A DNA stretch of 64,000 nt from Dudresnaya verticillata (Eukaryota). Position 1 is the stretch's first letter; the number at the start of each line of letters is the position of its first letter. The notes under the pieces were generated by a model, which saw only the letters and a list, made by a program, of their open reading frames with translations, searched no databases and had not been told where the DNA came from. The stretch spans positions 1,302,001-1,366,000 of the forward strand of contig OZ374562.1 in assembly GCA_977862235.1 (NCBI GenBank). Direction: 5' to 3'. Both the position numbers and the translations under genes were made by a program. Shown here one piece after another: positions 1 to 12,800 of the stretch.

Positions 1-970
1 AAGGACATAGCGTAAACCGGGGTGGTGGACGGAGCCGGAATGGCGTGTCCAATCTTCTGGCGTTTGGCCCGGCGCTGCGGCCCTCTAGAGAAATTGGCGA
101 CCTTGGCCCGGAACGGCCGGTTAGGTTGCATGTCGATGATGCCATTGGTAGCGACGAGACCCTGGCGGTCGTAGAGCTGCTGGAATGAATCCATGAAGTG
201 TGCACCTCGAGCCGGGCACGTGACCGTGAGCCATGCTTCTGATGCTGCGGGTATAACAACCGAATGTGCCACGTGGAGGTGTGGCGGTTCGGGAGGAGCT
301 GTGGGGACGTCTTGTGGTTCCTCGGGGCGCGAAGCGCGTGGAAGTCCGCATCGTCGGCGTAATATCGGGTGGATGGACCCATCACGCAAGACGGCGCGTT
401 GGCGCTTGATTCGTAAGTTATCGATATGGTGGTCGATGAAGGTAAAACCTAGGATCACATCCACTGCGAGTGCTCGGACGAAGATGAAAGGTTGCCGGAC
501 CGTGTAGGTTCCGATTCGAACATACAGGGAGATAGTCTCTAAGGTAGTTAGTTTGTGTCGTGAGGCGGAAGTTAGATTCACGATGGACCGGCCAGAAGCG
601 ATCTTCTTTTGATCCTCCGAGGAAAGAGCACCAGCTCGCATGAGGTTTGGGCCTGCCCCTGTATCCAGGACCTAAAGGACGCGAGAGAGTTCGTCAAGAG
701 AGGTCCCAATGGACGCTGCCACTTTATAGTTATATCGCGACAGCGCGCATATTGGATCCTTACAATACTCATCAAAAGTTCGTCCTCGAGGCAGCCTCGA
801 GGGCGAGGTAAGATCTTCCTCGGGAGGAAGTGTGCTTCTGCTTCCGGTTCCGGCCGATCCGGGAAGAACGGGGACGGATGGTCGTCCGCGCTCGATCGGT
901 CGGGGGACCCCGGGTCGCGTAACAAGAGCTGCGGTTCGAAGGGGTCCAAGGTCCCCCAGTCTAGTTTTCC
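1..970 (-). pseudogene. pol 5' fragment (aspartic protease) of element F, with stops/frameshifts
   Basis: Minus-strand translation ...NYKVAASIGTSLDELSRVL*VLDTGAGPNL; similar to the protease region of element E (NYKVDLSLG...VIDSGAGPNL). Confidence 0.75.
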
Positions 971-3840
971 GGCACACGGCCGTTTCTTGCTGATGGGGAT
1001 GCCGGTAAAGGCGGAGGAGGTGGGAACGGTCTGCCACTCGGGCGAGGAGAGCGGGGATTACTCCGCGGCCTATCCAAAGGATGGTTGAGCGCTCCGGCGA
1101 ACTGCACCTGGGGACCTGCCGTTCGGGGTGCCCCCCTGTTCTCCGGGTGAGGGCTGGCCGTTCCCTCGTTGAAATGTCGACGTGAATTTTGAGGACCTAG
1201 ATCCGAGCGACGCATCTCATTCGCGAATGATGGCGAACGGCCCACGATGGACCGCCATTCCCGTTGCTCCCTGGAGAGTTGTGCGTAGTGGTTACGTAGT
1301 ATCTGTGAGAAGCTGCGCTCGTCTGTTCGTGCCAGATATGGGCAATTGGGCTTTTTATGCCCGATACCCAGACATTCGAAGCAGATGTCATTTGGCCTAT
1401 CCTCCACCACTAGCCAGCAGGGACGCTGTGTGCGAGATGGTTGGGCCCACGAGGGAAGCCTCGGATTCCGGTTGGATAGTACCGCACTGACGGAGTCGTA
1501 ATAGCTGTCCGTAGCGTCAGACGGGGCTGTGGACCAAACGCCCGAAGTTGTTACGGACGAATCCGGCGCTTGGTTGTCGATGGCGGCCACCACGGCGTCC
1601 TCAGAATCGGAGCTAGTCCTTGTAGAGCCACCACTGTCACTTGACGCGACCTCAGTGTTGGGACGTCCCTGCCTGACCAGCAGCGCCCGGCCGGCCTTCT
1701 TGGGTTTAATGGAGGACTTTTTTCGCAACATCGAAGTAACAGAGACACGTTCTCGACGACCAGCGCCCATGAGGGCCCGGTGTGAGTCACCTTGGGCATT
1801 AGGCAAGTCCACATAGTCGGCAAGCCTAGCCGTTCGTGGGTCCAAACCCGAATTGCTCAGTAACGGCTTTGTGGCCGGCAAGAGTCCACGGATGAACCCG
1901 GTAATCAGATCCTGTTCTGTATACACACCCGCGACCTTTCGAGCCTTATTCTGGAGGCGCCGTGAGAAGGTCACTTCGTTCCCGTCCTCAGCTTATATCA
2001 TACGGTCAATTTCCGAGGCTATCCTCTCGATGTACACATCCTTCGCATATGTGCGTAGGAGGTAATCTACGGCCTCGGGCCATTCGGGTAATCAGATCCT
2101 GTTCTGTATACACACCCGCGACCTTTCGAGCCTTATTCTGGAGGCGCCGTGAGAAGGTCACTTCGTTCCCGTCCTCAGCTTATATCATACGGTCAATTTC
2201 CGAGGCTATCCTCTCGATGTACACATCCTTCGCATATGTGCGTAGGAGGTAATCTACGGCCTCGGGCCATTCGGAGAATCCTCTATTATCATCTCCGGCC
2301 ACGTCGAAGTTGGCTTCGAACATGTCTCGCGCATCCTTATCCAGTAACTCGGGGAGCACAAGGATTGCCGCTGCTTCGCTTATCCTGGCTTGGTCCAGTT
2401 GGCGCTTCAAAGCGGCTAAGAAGCCAATGATCGCCACTGGTTCGCTTCCGTCGAACTTGCGACTCTTCATCACGGACTTGATCCTCTTGATATTTTTCGA
2501 TGTGTCCTCAGTGACTTCTGGACCCCTGTATTGGTCCAGGCTCAACAGACGATAGCGTCGATAAGAGAGAACCTGAATGAAAGCCTGGTTCTGCGAATCA
2601 AGCTCCTTAACGTCCGAGCGTCTAGGTCCTCGCCAAGAGGGGCGCGATGAACTCCTCCGTGGGGAACTATCCTTTTCGCAGAACTGCGGCTGACACCGCT
2701 GCGCCGACCGACGCGGTTCATCCCGGTTTCGACGGGATTCAGTCCCTTGGCCCGTACAGGAGGTTCTGCAACCTGAGTGTGCAGCGCATGGATTTTCAGC
2801 ATCCGAATAGCCGTGTACCGATTCCACATCGGAGTCTCGCCTAGGCGACTGACGTCGCCTGTCTCGAATCCCTTTTGGCACCGGACTCCAGCATCTTTCC
2901 ACTTCAGGAGATAAGTTCTTGTCAAGAAGGCATAACTGGAGACGAGTCTCGATTATGTTGATCCGACGCCGTTCGTCGGCTAATTCCTTCCTTAAACGCG
3001 TGTGCCACAGAGCGCAATGGCTCGGGCCTGTTCTACGCACGTGGCGTCATTCCCATTGAGACGAAGGGCCCGAATTGCGCTGGACGCTTCTTCCCGTGAG
3101 AGGTCCACTACTCGAGTGAGGGACTCAAAATCTCCGTGGATCGTTTCCACCCGCTTCACGAGCGATTTTATCCTCGCATCGAGTGATTCCATTTCATCCG
3201 CCACTCTCTGTCCTGTATCGGAGTGGCGGATGCGGCTGGTCATTTCCTCTTGACACAAGGTCAGTACCCGCTCATCCCGGCGACCGGCTGACTCATCAAT
3301 GTAGCGTTTTACACGCGTGAGCGTTTCATCAGCCTGTGCTGCGGCAAGCGGCCTGCTCTGGGTCGCTACAAGGTGACCAACACCATCAGCGACCATTCGG
3401 TGGATCTACGATTCCGTAATGCACTGGACATCCTCCAAATTGGTATTCGTTCGGGTTGGCTGCCCATACTCAGGCTCCGAGTTGACCTCTGTCGATGCCG
3501 CGTAATCGGTCGATCGTCCACTGGGGAGTCGCCCTGATTCCGGCATCACTTCTGGACCCTGGTCCTCATTCCCGTCCACTTGTGTGGATGGTTGCGGTTC
3601 TGACCGGGTCATATTTCCTTCTAACGTGGCCGAATCCCTTCCAGGGTTCGGCATTAAACCGGGGGTAGTCCCGATAACAAGGTCGGGCCTAGAACGTCCA
3701 ACCAATGGTGGTCGTTCGCGGCTTAACCTCGGTTCGGGACCATCTTCATCGGGGGCGTCGCCGTCGATATGGTGTCCCCCAATCCTCCGTCCGAAGGGCT
3801 GAGCCTTAGCGCGGCAGTCCCTGAACGGGTGGTAAAGCAC
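961..3840 (-). pseudogene. gag of element F, broken into several ORFs
   Basis: ORFs 3406-3840, 2992-3396, 2180-3040, 961-1974; shared gag block YRRYRL...KFDGSEPVAIIGFL...YLLRTYA also seen in the B, C and E gags; zinc knuckle; interrupted by a 187-bp duplication. Confidence 0.8.
1900..2273. repeat. Tandem duplication, 2 x 187 bp, inside gag of element F
   Basis: 1900-2086 is repeated at 2087-2273 (GGTAATCAGATCC...GGCCATTCG); ORF track shows identical peptides starting at 1962 and 2149. Confidence 0.95.
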
Positions 3841-4500
3841 GAAATACGGACGGAGGAAAGATTTCCGACACGACTACCACCACGGCCGATAAGGCTCGGC
3901 CGGGTTGTATCGCCATTCGATGTCGGCATCCTTCCGATGGTGTGGGACTAATAACCCGTCCCAAAATAGGTAATAATTCCGGAAGGACCGGTGGGTCGAT
4001 GGGACGTTTTCCCGATGCGCCAACCCGTGTTCTGTAGGTGTGTCTCGCACGAGACAATCCGTCGAAGGGGAATACTTTCCAGCTTGAGCACGGTGCTCGT
4101 ACGTAATCCTTGGTAGACCTCAGGGCTACCAGCGATTTCTCCAAGAGGAATCTCCAACTTGTGCGCTAGCACGGCCTGTACAAAAGGACGGTGTTTTACC
4201 AGGATGCACCGATAATCTGTCGAAGCAGTCTTGAGGGGGGCGTCAGTCACGCCCTCAACGGCAACTTCTAAATGGCCACTAGGGCCGGTTGTAATTCAAA
4301 TAATAAACGCGCTCGCCACTGATTTGAAGCTACTCAGCGGCTTGAGATGGAGCGTAGAAACCGTCAACAATCCTGACTAGGGTTTCAACACCGGTTGGCC
4401 GGGAAACTCGTCTTTGACACGACGCAATGTCTTGAGTTTTGTACTCGTTGAGTTAACCAACCAGGGTTGAGGAAGAAAGGGGAAACCAACCCAGAACACT

Positions 4501-4517
4501 TCTAGGTCGGGAGACCA
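4501..4517 (-). promoter_or_regulatory. Primer binding site of element F
   Basis: Minus strand TGGTCTCCCGACCTAGA starting 1 nt after the LTR-terminal CA; same motif in B, C and E. Confidence 0.85.
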
Positions 4518-4518
4518 A

Positions 4519-5050
4519 TGTAGCACAACGGTCCAGCCCAGGAAGAGCAAGGAGAACAAAGGACACCTATACGCAACCGTCGTGCTCACGGGTAGGTCGG
4601 GTGTGGTAGAGGCTTGGTAGAATGGCACTAGGCCAGGAAAAGGGAAAAGGAAAAGGGGGACGCGACCCGGTATTCCGCAGGGAACCTGCCGTACGGTGAC
4701 GAGCCTGTAGTTGGCGTCCAGAAAGGGAACGGGAAGCGCCCGGAATCCAGAAAATGGTCAAGACCGAGAAACGCCCCGTAGGGTTCAATCAGGGGTGCCC
4801 TGCTATTCAGGAGACCAATAAATAGGGATTGTGCCCGTTCTAATACTATCTAACACAGTGTACTGTACACAAATTACATTGAGCAATGAGAGGCGGATTC
4901 ACGCCCCTGTGGCGGCGTATAATCGGGAAATATCCCAGCGCCACACCAATGGTCGTGCGCCAATTGCGCGTTTGAGGCGCGGGTGATTTCGTGCCAGGCG
5001 CCAATCACATATCACATCCTGGCGAAGCCCAGCAATGACATCGTCTTACA
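4519..5050 (-). repeat. 5' LTR of element F (partner LTR outside window)
   Basis: Bounded by TGTA...TACA and abuts the PBS; right boundary inferred from the TACA terminus only. Confidence 0.65.
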
Positions 5051-5469
5051 GGGCATTGGCCCGTTACGACTTAGAGCGTAATACGCCCACTTGGCGCAAA
5101 TCGCCGTTGTGCCACAGTCTCAACTACGGTAGAAACTGCCTTCAGTATGCATGCAGTCTTTTTGTGATACCACAGCCTTTCCCAATATGCTCGGTAACTA
5201 TATAAGACATCTATTGATAATGACGGCGAGCTGGCGCTTACGGGCTTTCGTTGTGGTATCGCGAACCACTCCAGTACTGCTAAGAGAAGTGCGTTTTTTA
5301 CGAGAAGAGATCTATTGGGATCCGGCGGGAGGAGAAAGGTATTGAACTTGGGGAAGATCATAGAGAGAGGGAGAGACTACGAAGATTGCGTCATTGCAGA
5401 AAGGCACGCAAGAAATTAAGCCTATTAAAGGTAAATAGGCATCAATGTGGGCTTGTAGTGTGGTATATC

Positions 5470-5728
5470 TGTAGCCAGCTGTGCGCTTCGCTATCTCACC
5501 GGAACGGCGTTGCACCTCTTTGAGGACTCCGATACGGCGTCCGCCCCGTGGCAACGTGGCCATGTGTCATGGACTCGCCGCCGTCGCTCTCCCTCCACGG
5601 TTCTGTAGTACTTATAAGGTCTCGGATATCACTCTCACTAAACTCCCGGCATCGCAGCCGAAGCTTATGCCTTCACCCTGTAGCTTACCGCAAGTCACCT
5701 GGCTTGGAGTTCCCCTCCAGCCATCACA
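5470..5728 (+). repeat. 5' LTR of element A
   Basis: Direct repeat of 40586-40844 with about 12 substitutions by hand count (~95% identity); TG...CA ends. Confidence 0.95.
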
Positions 5729-5862
5729 GTGATCACTACGACTAAGGAGTGCACGATCCGTAACGGATCAAACCTGGTCACCTACAAGGTTCACGAAAGT
5801 GAGCTACGATCACCCACCGATCGCCACACAGGGCTCCAAACCGAAACGGAGTTGAAATCATC

Positions 5863-6470
5863 ATGTCAGAGGCATCCTCTACGCCGCCTGTCACGACGCT
5901 AGGCGCGTCTTTTGTGGCCACATCGGTTGATCACCCGCGTCTAAACCGAGCGGATGCGGAGTCGATCCGCGGTTTCCTTCGCCTGTACGATCAGTACAGC
6001 AAGGAAGTAACAGCCCGCGCTAGGCAGCTCACACCTACCGGCCAAACCACGACTGAAGCAGTCCGTCCGGTCAACCTCAAGTTTTGCCGAATACCTCGAG
6101 TCGGCAATCGCCCTTGACCTCATTGAGGGCGTAGACTCCTACGAGGAACTTTCCGATACGGTGCTCCGGGACTACCTCGCTGAGAAGGCTAAGGAGTCCG
6201 AGTAGACTGTCACTCTCGAGACTCTAGATACCCTAGTGGGACAAGAACTTCGTATGGATATGAGCGACAAAAACGCCCGATCCCGAATGGAGTCTCTTTT
6301 TGTGTCCTACCACTCCCTATTACGCCGTGACGGATTTTCCTGGTTGCTTAAGAGCAACCAGAAGGTCGCTGTCAGCCACGTTATCTCTGCAGTCCGACCG
6401 GTGTCTCTCAAAGAGCGCCTAAAATCCGATCTGGATTTCGCCCACCATGAACTCAAAAAGGATTTCAAGA
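5863..6470 (+). pseudogene. gag remnant of element A, truncated by insertion of B
   Basis: ORFs 5863-6117 and 6236-6470 with a frameshift and a stop, just downstream of the LTR; cut exactly at TGTGGTATAG. Confidence 0.65.
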
Positions 6471-7314
6471 TGTGGTATAGACGCTATCCGCGAATTGACT
6501 CCGTGGTCTACGTGAAAATAATCGAGAAATACGAATTTCGAAGTGACTCCGTGAAGGCGCACGCCACGATGGCAAACGTATTACAGTGCGCATACTGTGC
6601 GCGCGCCACGATGGCATTCGCATTACAGCACGCACGTGATACGAAATCGCTGACACCTCCGGACTAATCCCGAGCCGACTTCGTGATCGCGCGCGCCACA
6701 ATGGCATTCGCATTACAGTGCGCACCCGATACGAAATCGCTGACACCTTCGTGACTTTCCCGTTGTTTCTCACGCGTAGCGGCACCGGGGCCCACGAGAC
6801 ACGCGCACCTCCGTATGCATCGCTGGCGCACTTCGTAACCGCCACCATACGTGAGGCGACCGTTCGTTGGCACCGAGGCCGTTACGAATCATTCGAGTAC
6901 GAACCGTCTCGCCGCGTTGACGTGCATTCGTGCTCACGTAGTATTACTTAGCCAGTCGTCTGGCACAACCTCCGAGTGTTTCCGGTAAGCGACTAGCGCC
7001 CGGACCTCGGAGTCTTCGGTAAACGCCTGTTCCTTCGAGTTCGGTGTCTTCGTCTTCGTGACCGCGGATACGGTCGAGCCTCGCTTTCGATAGCTCCGCG
7101 CACCCGGAATCATCCCCGGTGATCGATCGCTCGAGTTCTCCCTTCCGCACACGAATACGTTGACACCGTGGTCCTTCGTGTGGGTCGCTCCGCTCAACCA
7201 CGCTAACACCCGTTTTCCTTTCTCCGTTAGGCTACGAGGCCATTCGTTAGGATCCGAGGCCATTCCTTACAGTGCGAGACTTCCCCGCGTCACCGTGGAC
7301 TTCGTTATACCCCA
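6471..7314 (+). repeat. 5' LTR of element B (~844 bp)
   Basis: Starts TGTGGTATAG; matches the concatenated 3' LTR pieces; contains internal repeats (CGCCAC(G/A)ATGGCA..TTACAG, AAATCGCTGACACCT, GAGGCCATTC). Confidence 0.92.
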
Positions 7315-7315
7315 C

Positions 7316-7333
7316 TGGTCTCCCGACCTAGAA
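7316..7333 (+). promoter_or_regulatory. Primer binding site of element B
   Basis: TGGTCTCCCGACCTAGAA immediately after the LTR end. Confidence 0.88.
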
Positions 7334-7385
7334 CGTGGTCCTGAAGTTTCGCATTTATTCGTAATTCGTTTCTATCCGAGACACG

Positions 7386-9835
7386 ATGTCTCACGCTCCG
7401 AGTCGTCCCGATTCGCCGGTACCGAAACCCGATGATGTACCGATTCCGGAGCTCCCGTTGTTCGACTCGAACGCGAGTGACCGAGAACCGTCTTTTCGCA
7501 CTCACGCTTCACGAATAACGGTGCCCGATCTTCGCACAGACTCGCGTTCGCAGGCTCACGGTAGCCAGTTCGACCTTTCGTATACGTACACTCCGTTGGA
7601 AATCGTTCCTTCGGATACCGTCGATCGACTCTTCTCGATGAAGGAAGTCTCCGGTTCAGAACTACGTTTACTCTACGAAGAGGTCATCGATGCGCTTTCC
7701 ACCGCGTACCGTATCACGCAGCTTTCAATTCGTAATACGCACAATCGAGTTCACGAAGAGTTCAACAATCTCCGCGCTGGCAAGGTCCGTAGGATCCAAG
7801 ACTCACTCGAGAGTCTCCGGGATCTCGTCTCGGGAGTCAGCAATCGGTTTCTCGTGCTCGAGCGCAACGTATCCGCACCCGTGGGCAGGGCGAGTCACTC
7901 GCTTCCCGTTCGCAGCTCGCACGCATTCCCCGAGGAACAGTTGAACGCTATTCGTGACATCGTTTCCGCAGCGTTACCGAAGTCTCGAAGTCGCGAAGAT
8001 CATCCCGAAGCCCGTCCTGACCCCCGCAATTCGCCGCTAGTTCAACCCGTGCAAGGTCCGGGTGCCCAATCTACGTTACCGAAAAACACGTATCCGAATC
8101 AGTCTTCGCACCCCTTATCGCATCAGGCAACCGATGCCTCCGACAACCCCTGTATCAACCCCGCAGTATTCCGAGCTTCACTTCAACCACTGATGTCCCC
8201 CGGAGGACCCGTAATCGAAAATCCGTTAGCGCTCGCGGGACCCGTGTCATTGTTCTGGCACTGGGGCCCGCTCGAGCCGGGCGTCGAACCGGACCGACGC
8301 TCATTCCCGAATTCGCGCGGGCCGTAAGCTATCGATCGTACCGACTCACGAATTCGTCACCTCGGGATAATCAACACGAAGTATTACGAGATAAAACGTC
8401 GAAAACCGTTTCACGCATGCGTTCGATGATGCCGAGACTCGAGAAGTTTACGGGACGCGACCCGATTAAGGTTCTCGCATTTCTTCGTGATATTCGACAA
8501 GCGCTGAACGGAGTCGGGCTCACCGAAGGAGCAGCAGTTCGAACGATTTCGTGGTTCCTCGACGAGACCGCGCTCAAGGTGTATCGACACTATGCCTTCG
8601 GAGGCGTTCGTACTGGCAACCCGACTTTCTGGTCCGCTATCGTGAACGTATTGCTAAAACGATTTCTCACGGAAGACGTAATCGCTGACGCACACGATCG
8701 CGTGATTACCGCGAAGCAGAAGTCGGAAGAAACCGAGATGGAATTCGCGACTCGTCTGTAAGGCTACGCGGATGTCTTTTCAGGGGTCTTCGATGACTCT
8801 TCGTTAACGCACCAATTTATTCGTGGACTCCTACCTACTACGCACCATATCCTGGCCGACCAGGTTCGCCGTTTACCGTTGTCCGAGCAAAACAATTTCA
8901 TGAGCGTACAAAGAATCGCGCAAGCCTAAGGTACGACATTCCGAGCTCGCGAACTACGTGACACCGCGGCCCAACAGTCGCGTGATTCGAAGAACCGAGC
9001 GTCCGGTACGTACCCGAAGCGTCGCCAAGCGCCCGGACGCACGATGCTTATCGAATCTTGCGACACACCCGGGAGTGAATACGAGTACCCGATGAACGAA
9101 GATCCGCAAATGGCCGTGATGATGATTCGTTAAGGAACCGGGTCCACATCCGCTACACCGACTACTTCGACAACTGTCTCTGTGGACGATACCTTAGATC
9201 TCACGAGTCGTATCAAGCGTTTCGTACCCGCACGTGTCCCCCCGATGACCCCGGAGCAAATCGAGATGGCGCGTTCGATGATCCCGAAGAACCAGGATGC
9301 GTGGCCGTGTTGGTTCTGCCGCGAAATCGGTCACCTGATGTATTCGTGTCCGTATCTCACGAAGGAGCAGCAACTCTACTGCGCGTATCAGAACTATCTC
9401 TATCAACTCGAGACGAGACCGTATAAGCGTAACAATTTCGTGAATCGCGGTGCCGCAAGAGGGAATTCGTTCGCGTCTGTTGACAATCGAGGTCACCGTG
9501 GACAAGACTCCCGAGGATCGCGTGACAATCGCGCAAACCGAGATCTTCGTCAAGGCGATACGCGCTGCCCGAGGGACCGAGCCCAGCGTCAAGTCAGCTT
9601 TGAGCGTCGAGGACCGCTGACCGTCCTCCGCAATCCGAGACACGCGCAGGCCCCGGGCCGTCAACCGGTTCTCGCAGTCCGTGAAAACTTTGACGCGATT
9701 GAGCCGAGTCACCCGAACCTGCCCTCGGAGGCTTACGAAAACTCCGCGAACAACGGCAGAGGTGATCGATCAACCTCCTCATTGGACGCGGACGCTCGCA
9801 ATTCGGATTCTAGTTCGAGTTCGGAAAACGAGTAA
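7386..9835 (+). pseudogene. gag of element B (stops/frameshifts)
   Basis: ORFs 7386-8327, 8417-8761, 9182-9835; KFTGRDPIKVLAFL block; CCHC knuckle CWFCREIGHLMYSC. Confidence 0.85.
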
Positions 9836-12800
9836 AGGCGAAGACGCCCGTTGTGTCACGTACTTCGTCTGAGTCCGTTCCCCGAGACACTCCACGTATT
9901 CCGATTCCGAGAGCCGCTACGATGCGAAGGAAGCGCGCTGCACGACGACGAGACCGAAAGCGATGTCGTGTCCGCGCGAAAGCCGCTTCGGGCGAAAACA
10001 ATTCGAAGAAGACACCGATCTCGAAGATCGAACCCGAAGTTACCATCGAGGGATACGTTTGCTTGATGACTTCGGATATCTTCCTCGTGACCGGATCCAT
10101 TGGCCTCGATGCCTCCATAATGACGCCACATACGATTGCAGTCGATACGTGTTCCGGTTACAGCCTAATAGACCGGGCTGCGTTACCCACCGGTTGGGAA
10201 GCGAAAGCGTCCACGATGGAATCAGCTCCAAGGCTCGCGTCCGCTAATCGCACCCCGTTGCGACTCGATGGTATCGTTTACCTGACAGTCCGCCTTGGGA
10301 ACGTGGAACTTCGTGGATGGATGCGCATTTACGAAGCATCGAGCTCAGCCCACGGAGGTTCATCACGAAGAGTGGAAGCACGATTTCGATTATCAATCGC
10401 ATTACTGGATCGGCTCCGCCCGCTACTAATTCGAAAAATCCGAAGCAGAAATTCGAGAAAACGTTATCGAAGCGACACCAACGCGAGCTCCACGATTGGG
10501 ACCGAGACACCCGTACCATTCGTTTGAGCCGCCGCGTCACCATACCGAGTTATTCGCAGAAGCTAGTCACCGTGACCTCGGAAGCACTCGGACTAATTCA
10601 TATCGAACCGAAGCCTTCCTTAAAACACCGACACGGAGTACGGTTAACGAACGGGATAGACGAAGTCAGTCCGAATCGCGAGTTTTCGGTGTTGATGGCG
10701 AACTTCACGGATAAGCCTCGAGCTCTACCGAAAGGAACCGTCATCGGATACGCAGCTCGAAACCCGCTCGCGATCTTGACACCCGATCGCGAGATCGCGG
10801 ATTCGTTTGCCAAGGTGCTCAACATCTCTACGCTACGTGAGCACGAATACTCGACGTCACCCGACGAATCCGTATCAACGAAGGAAAAACCGCTCACGAA
10901 GGGCGCCGCGACGGCAGCAGCCGAAGCGAATTCGAGTTCCCGCGATTGGGAAAAACTCGTAGACCTCTCGAGCATACCCGATGAAACTATGCGAAACGAG
11001 ATCCTCGAGATGCTACGTAAGCACGAATCGATGTGGGACGGAGACCTCGGAACGATCGCAGCCACGGAGCATCGGATCGATCTACAACCCGGGACTCGCC
11101 CTATTCGTTCTATGCCCTACCGTCAAGGGCCCGCAATACGTGAAATCTTCCGTAACGAAATCGACAGTATGTTCGAAGGCGGAGTAATCGAATCAGCCAC
11201 CTCGGAGTGGGCGTCCCCCGTAGTCCTCGCACCGAAGAAAGACGGAACACTTCGTTTTTGCGTAGATTACCGAAGACTCAACACGAAGATACTATCCAGC
11301 GCATACCCGCTTCCCCGGATGGAATATTGTATCGATTCACTCGGAGACGCTTCGATTTTCTTGACACTCGATTGTAACAGCGGGTACTGGCAGATTCCGG
11401 TTGCCCCGGAAGACCGCGACAAGAATACGTTTACTTCGTTTCTCGGAACTTATCGTTATCTTCGTATGCCCTTCGGTTTGAAAAACGCGCCGGCTACGTT
11501 TCAACGTGCACTCGATATCATTCTATCAGGAGTCCGTTGGCAGTGCTGTCTCGTTTACCTCGATGACGGGATCGTTTTCTCCGCGAATCTTCGTGAACTC
11601 ATCGCGCACCACGATCAAGTCCTCATGCTACTTCGCGACTCCGGGGTCGCTCACTTTTCCGTAAGCGAGTCGACTGTCTCGGACACGTAATTTCCCCGGG
11701 GAAGCTGAGTATGGCCGAGAAGAGCTCCGAGGCATTCGGATACGCGAAGTTCCCGAAGACCCTCACGCAAGTCCGTGCGTTCCTCGGCGCGTGTAACGTA
11801 TACCGAAGATTCGTGAAAGACTTCGCGAAAATTGCGCGCCCGTTGACGAACATGACACGAAAGGACGCGGATCCTGACGACGAGAATCCCACGGAGGATC
11901 AGGTTACCGCATTCGAAACGCTCAAACGGAAGCTCGTGTCACCGCCGATACTCCGGTTACCGCAACTCGGGAAACGTTACATCATCGATAAGGACGCGTC
12001 TGCGTATCAACTCGGGTGTGAATTGCTACAGGAGCAAGATAACAAAGAATTCCAACCCGTGGGCTACTGGTCGTATTCGTTAAACGATGCCGAGAAGAAC
12101 TACTCCGCAACCGAGTGCGAATGCTACGCAGTCGTATGGGCGGTTACTTCGTTGCGTCCGTATATCGAAGGGACCCGGTTCACCGTGCGTACGGACCACG
12201 ACGTGCTCCGCTGGATTCTTTCTCTTACCGATTCGTCCGGGTGACTCACGCGATAAAGGCTTCGCTTAGCCGAATTCGACTTCGAAATCGTGTATCGCCC
12301 CGGTCGCGTCCACCAGATTCCCGATGCCCTCTCTCGATTGCTACTTCCGCATCGCGAACAACCCGCAATCGACGACGAAGTTCCTAGGTTTGACTTGGAT
12401 CAAATCGCCACGAAGAACGAAGGACGTTTTCGCAACGACATCACGAAAACCATCGAAAACGAAAGAGACCCGGTTCTCATTACTACGCGATCCCGCAAAC
12501 GTCAATCGAAGACCACCGCGATTCGCCACGACTCTACGCGAAAGACTACACCCGCGAAACGAGTACATCGAGCAGGCAATACGCCACGACCCACGGAGGT
12601 CACCATGGGTTCCGAACCCCACAATCATACGTTCCACGAAGGCTGCGAACACGAACACGACGCAGAACTACGTGATGAATACACAGGACAAAAGGATGTC
12701 TACGATGACTGCGATTTATGGGACGATATCGATGACGATGATCCGTTTGACCTTTATCGAATTGAGCCCAACGAAGAACCGAGTGACCTCACCGACGTGA

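Larger units (their letters stand above)
1..5050 (-). mobile_element. Ty3/Gypsy LTR retrotransposon F, 5' part only (LTR, PBS, broken gag, start of pol), degenerate
   Basis: LTR-like 4519-5050 followed on minus strand by PBS TGGTCTCCCGACCTAGA; gag fragments with CCHC knuckle (CFECLGIGHKKPNC); aspartic protease motif VLDTGAGP near 650-670 preceded by an in-frame stop; pol runs off the left edge. Confidence 0.85.

Noticed and set aside
5730..5748. PBS of element A (TGATCACTACGACTAAGGA)
   Set aside because: Position fits but it does not start with TGG and I cannot match it to a tRNA
6555..6750. Short repeats in B's LTR resembling a repeat-spacer array
   Set aside because: Degenerate internal LTR tandem repeats in a eukaryotic retroelement; no unique spacers and no cas genes
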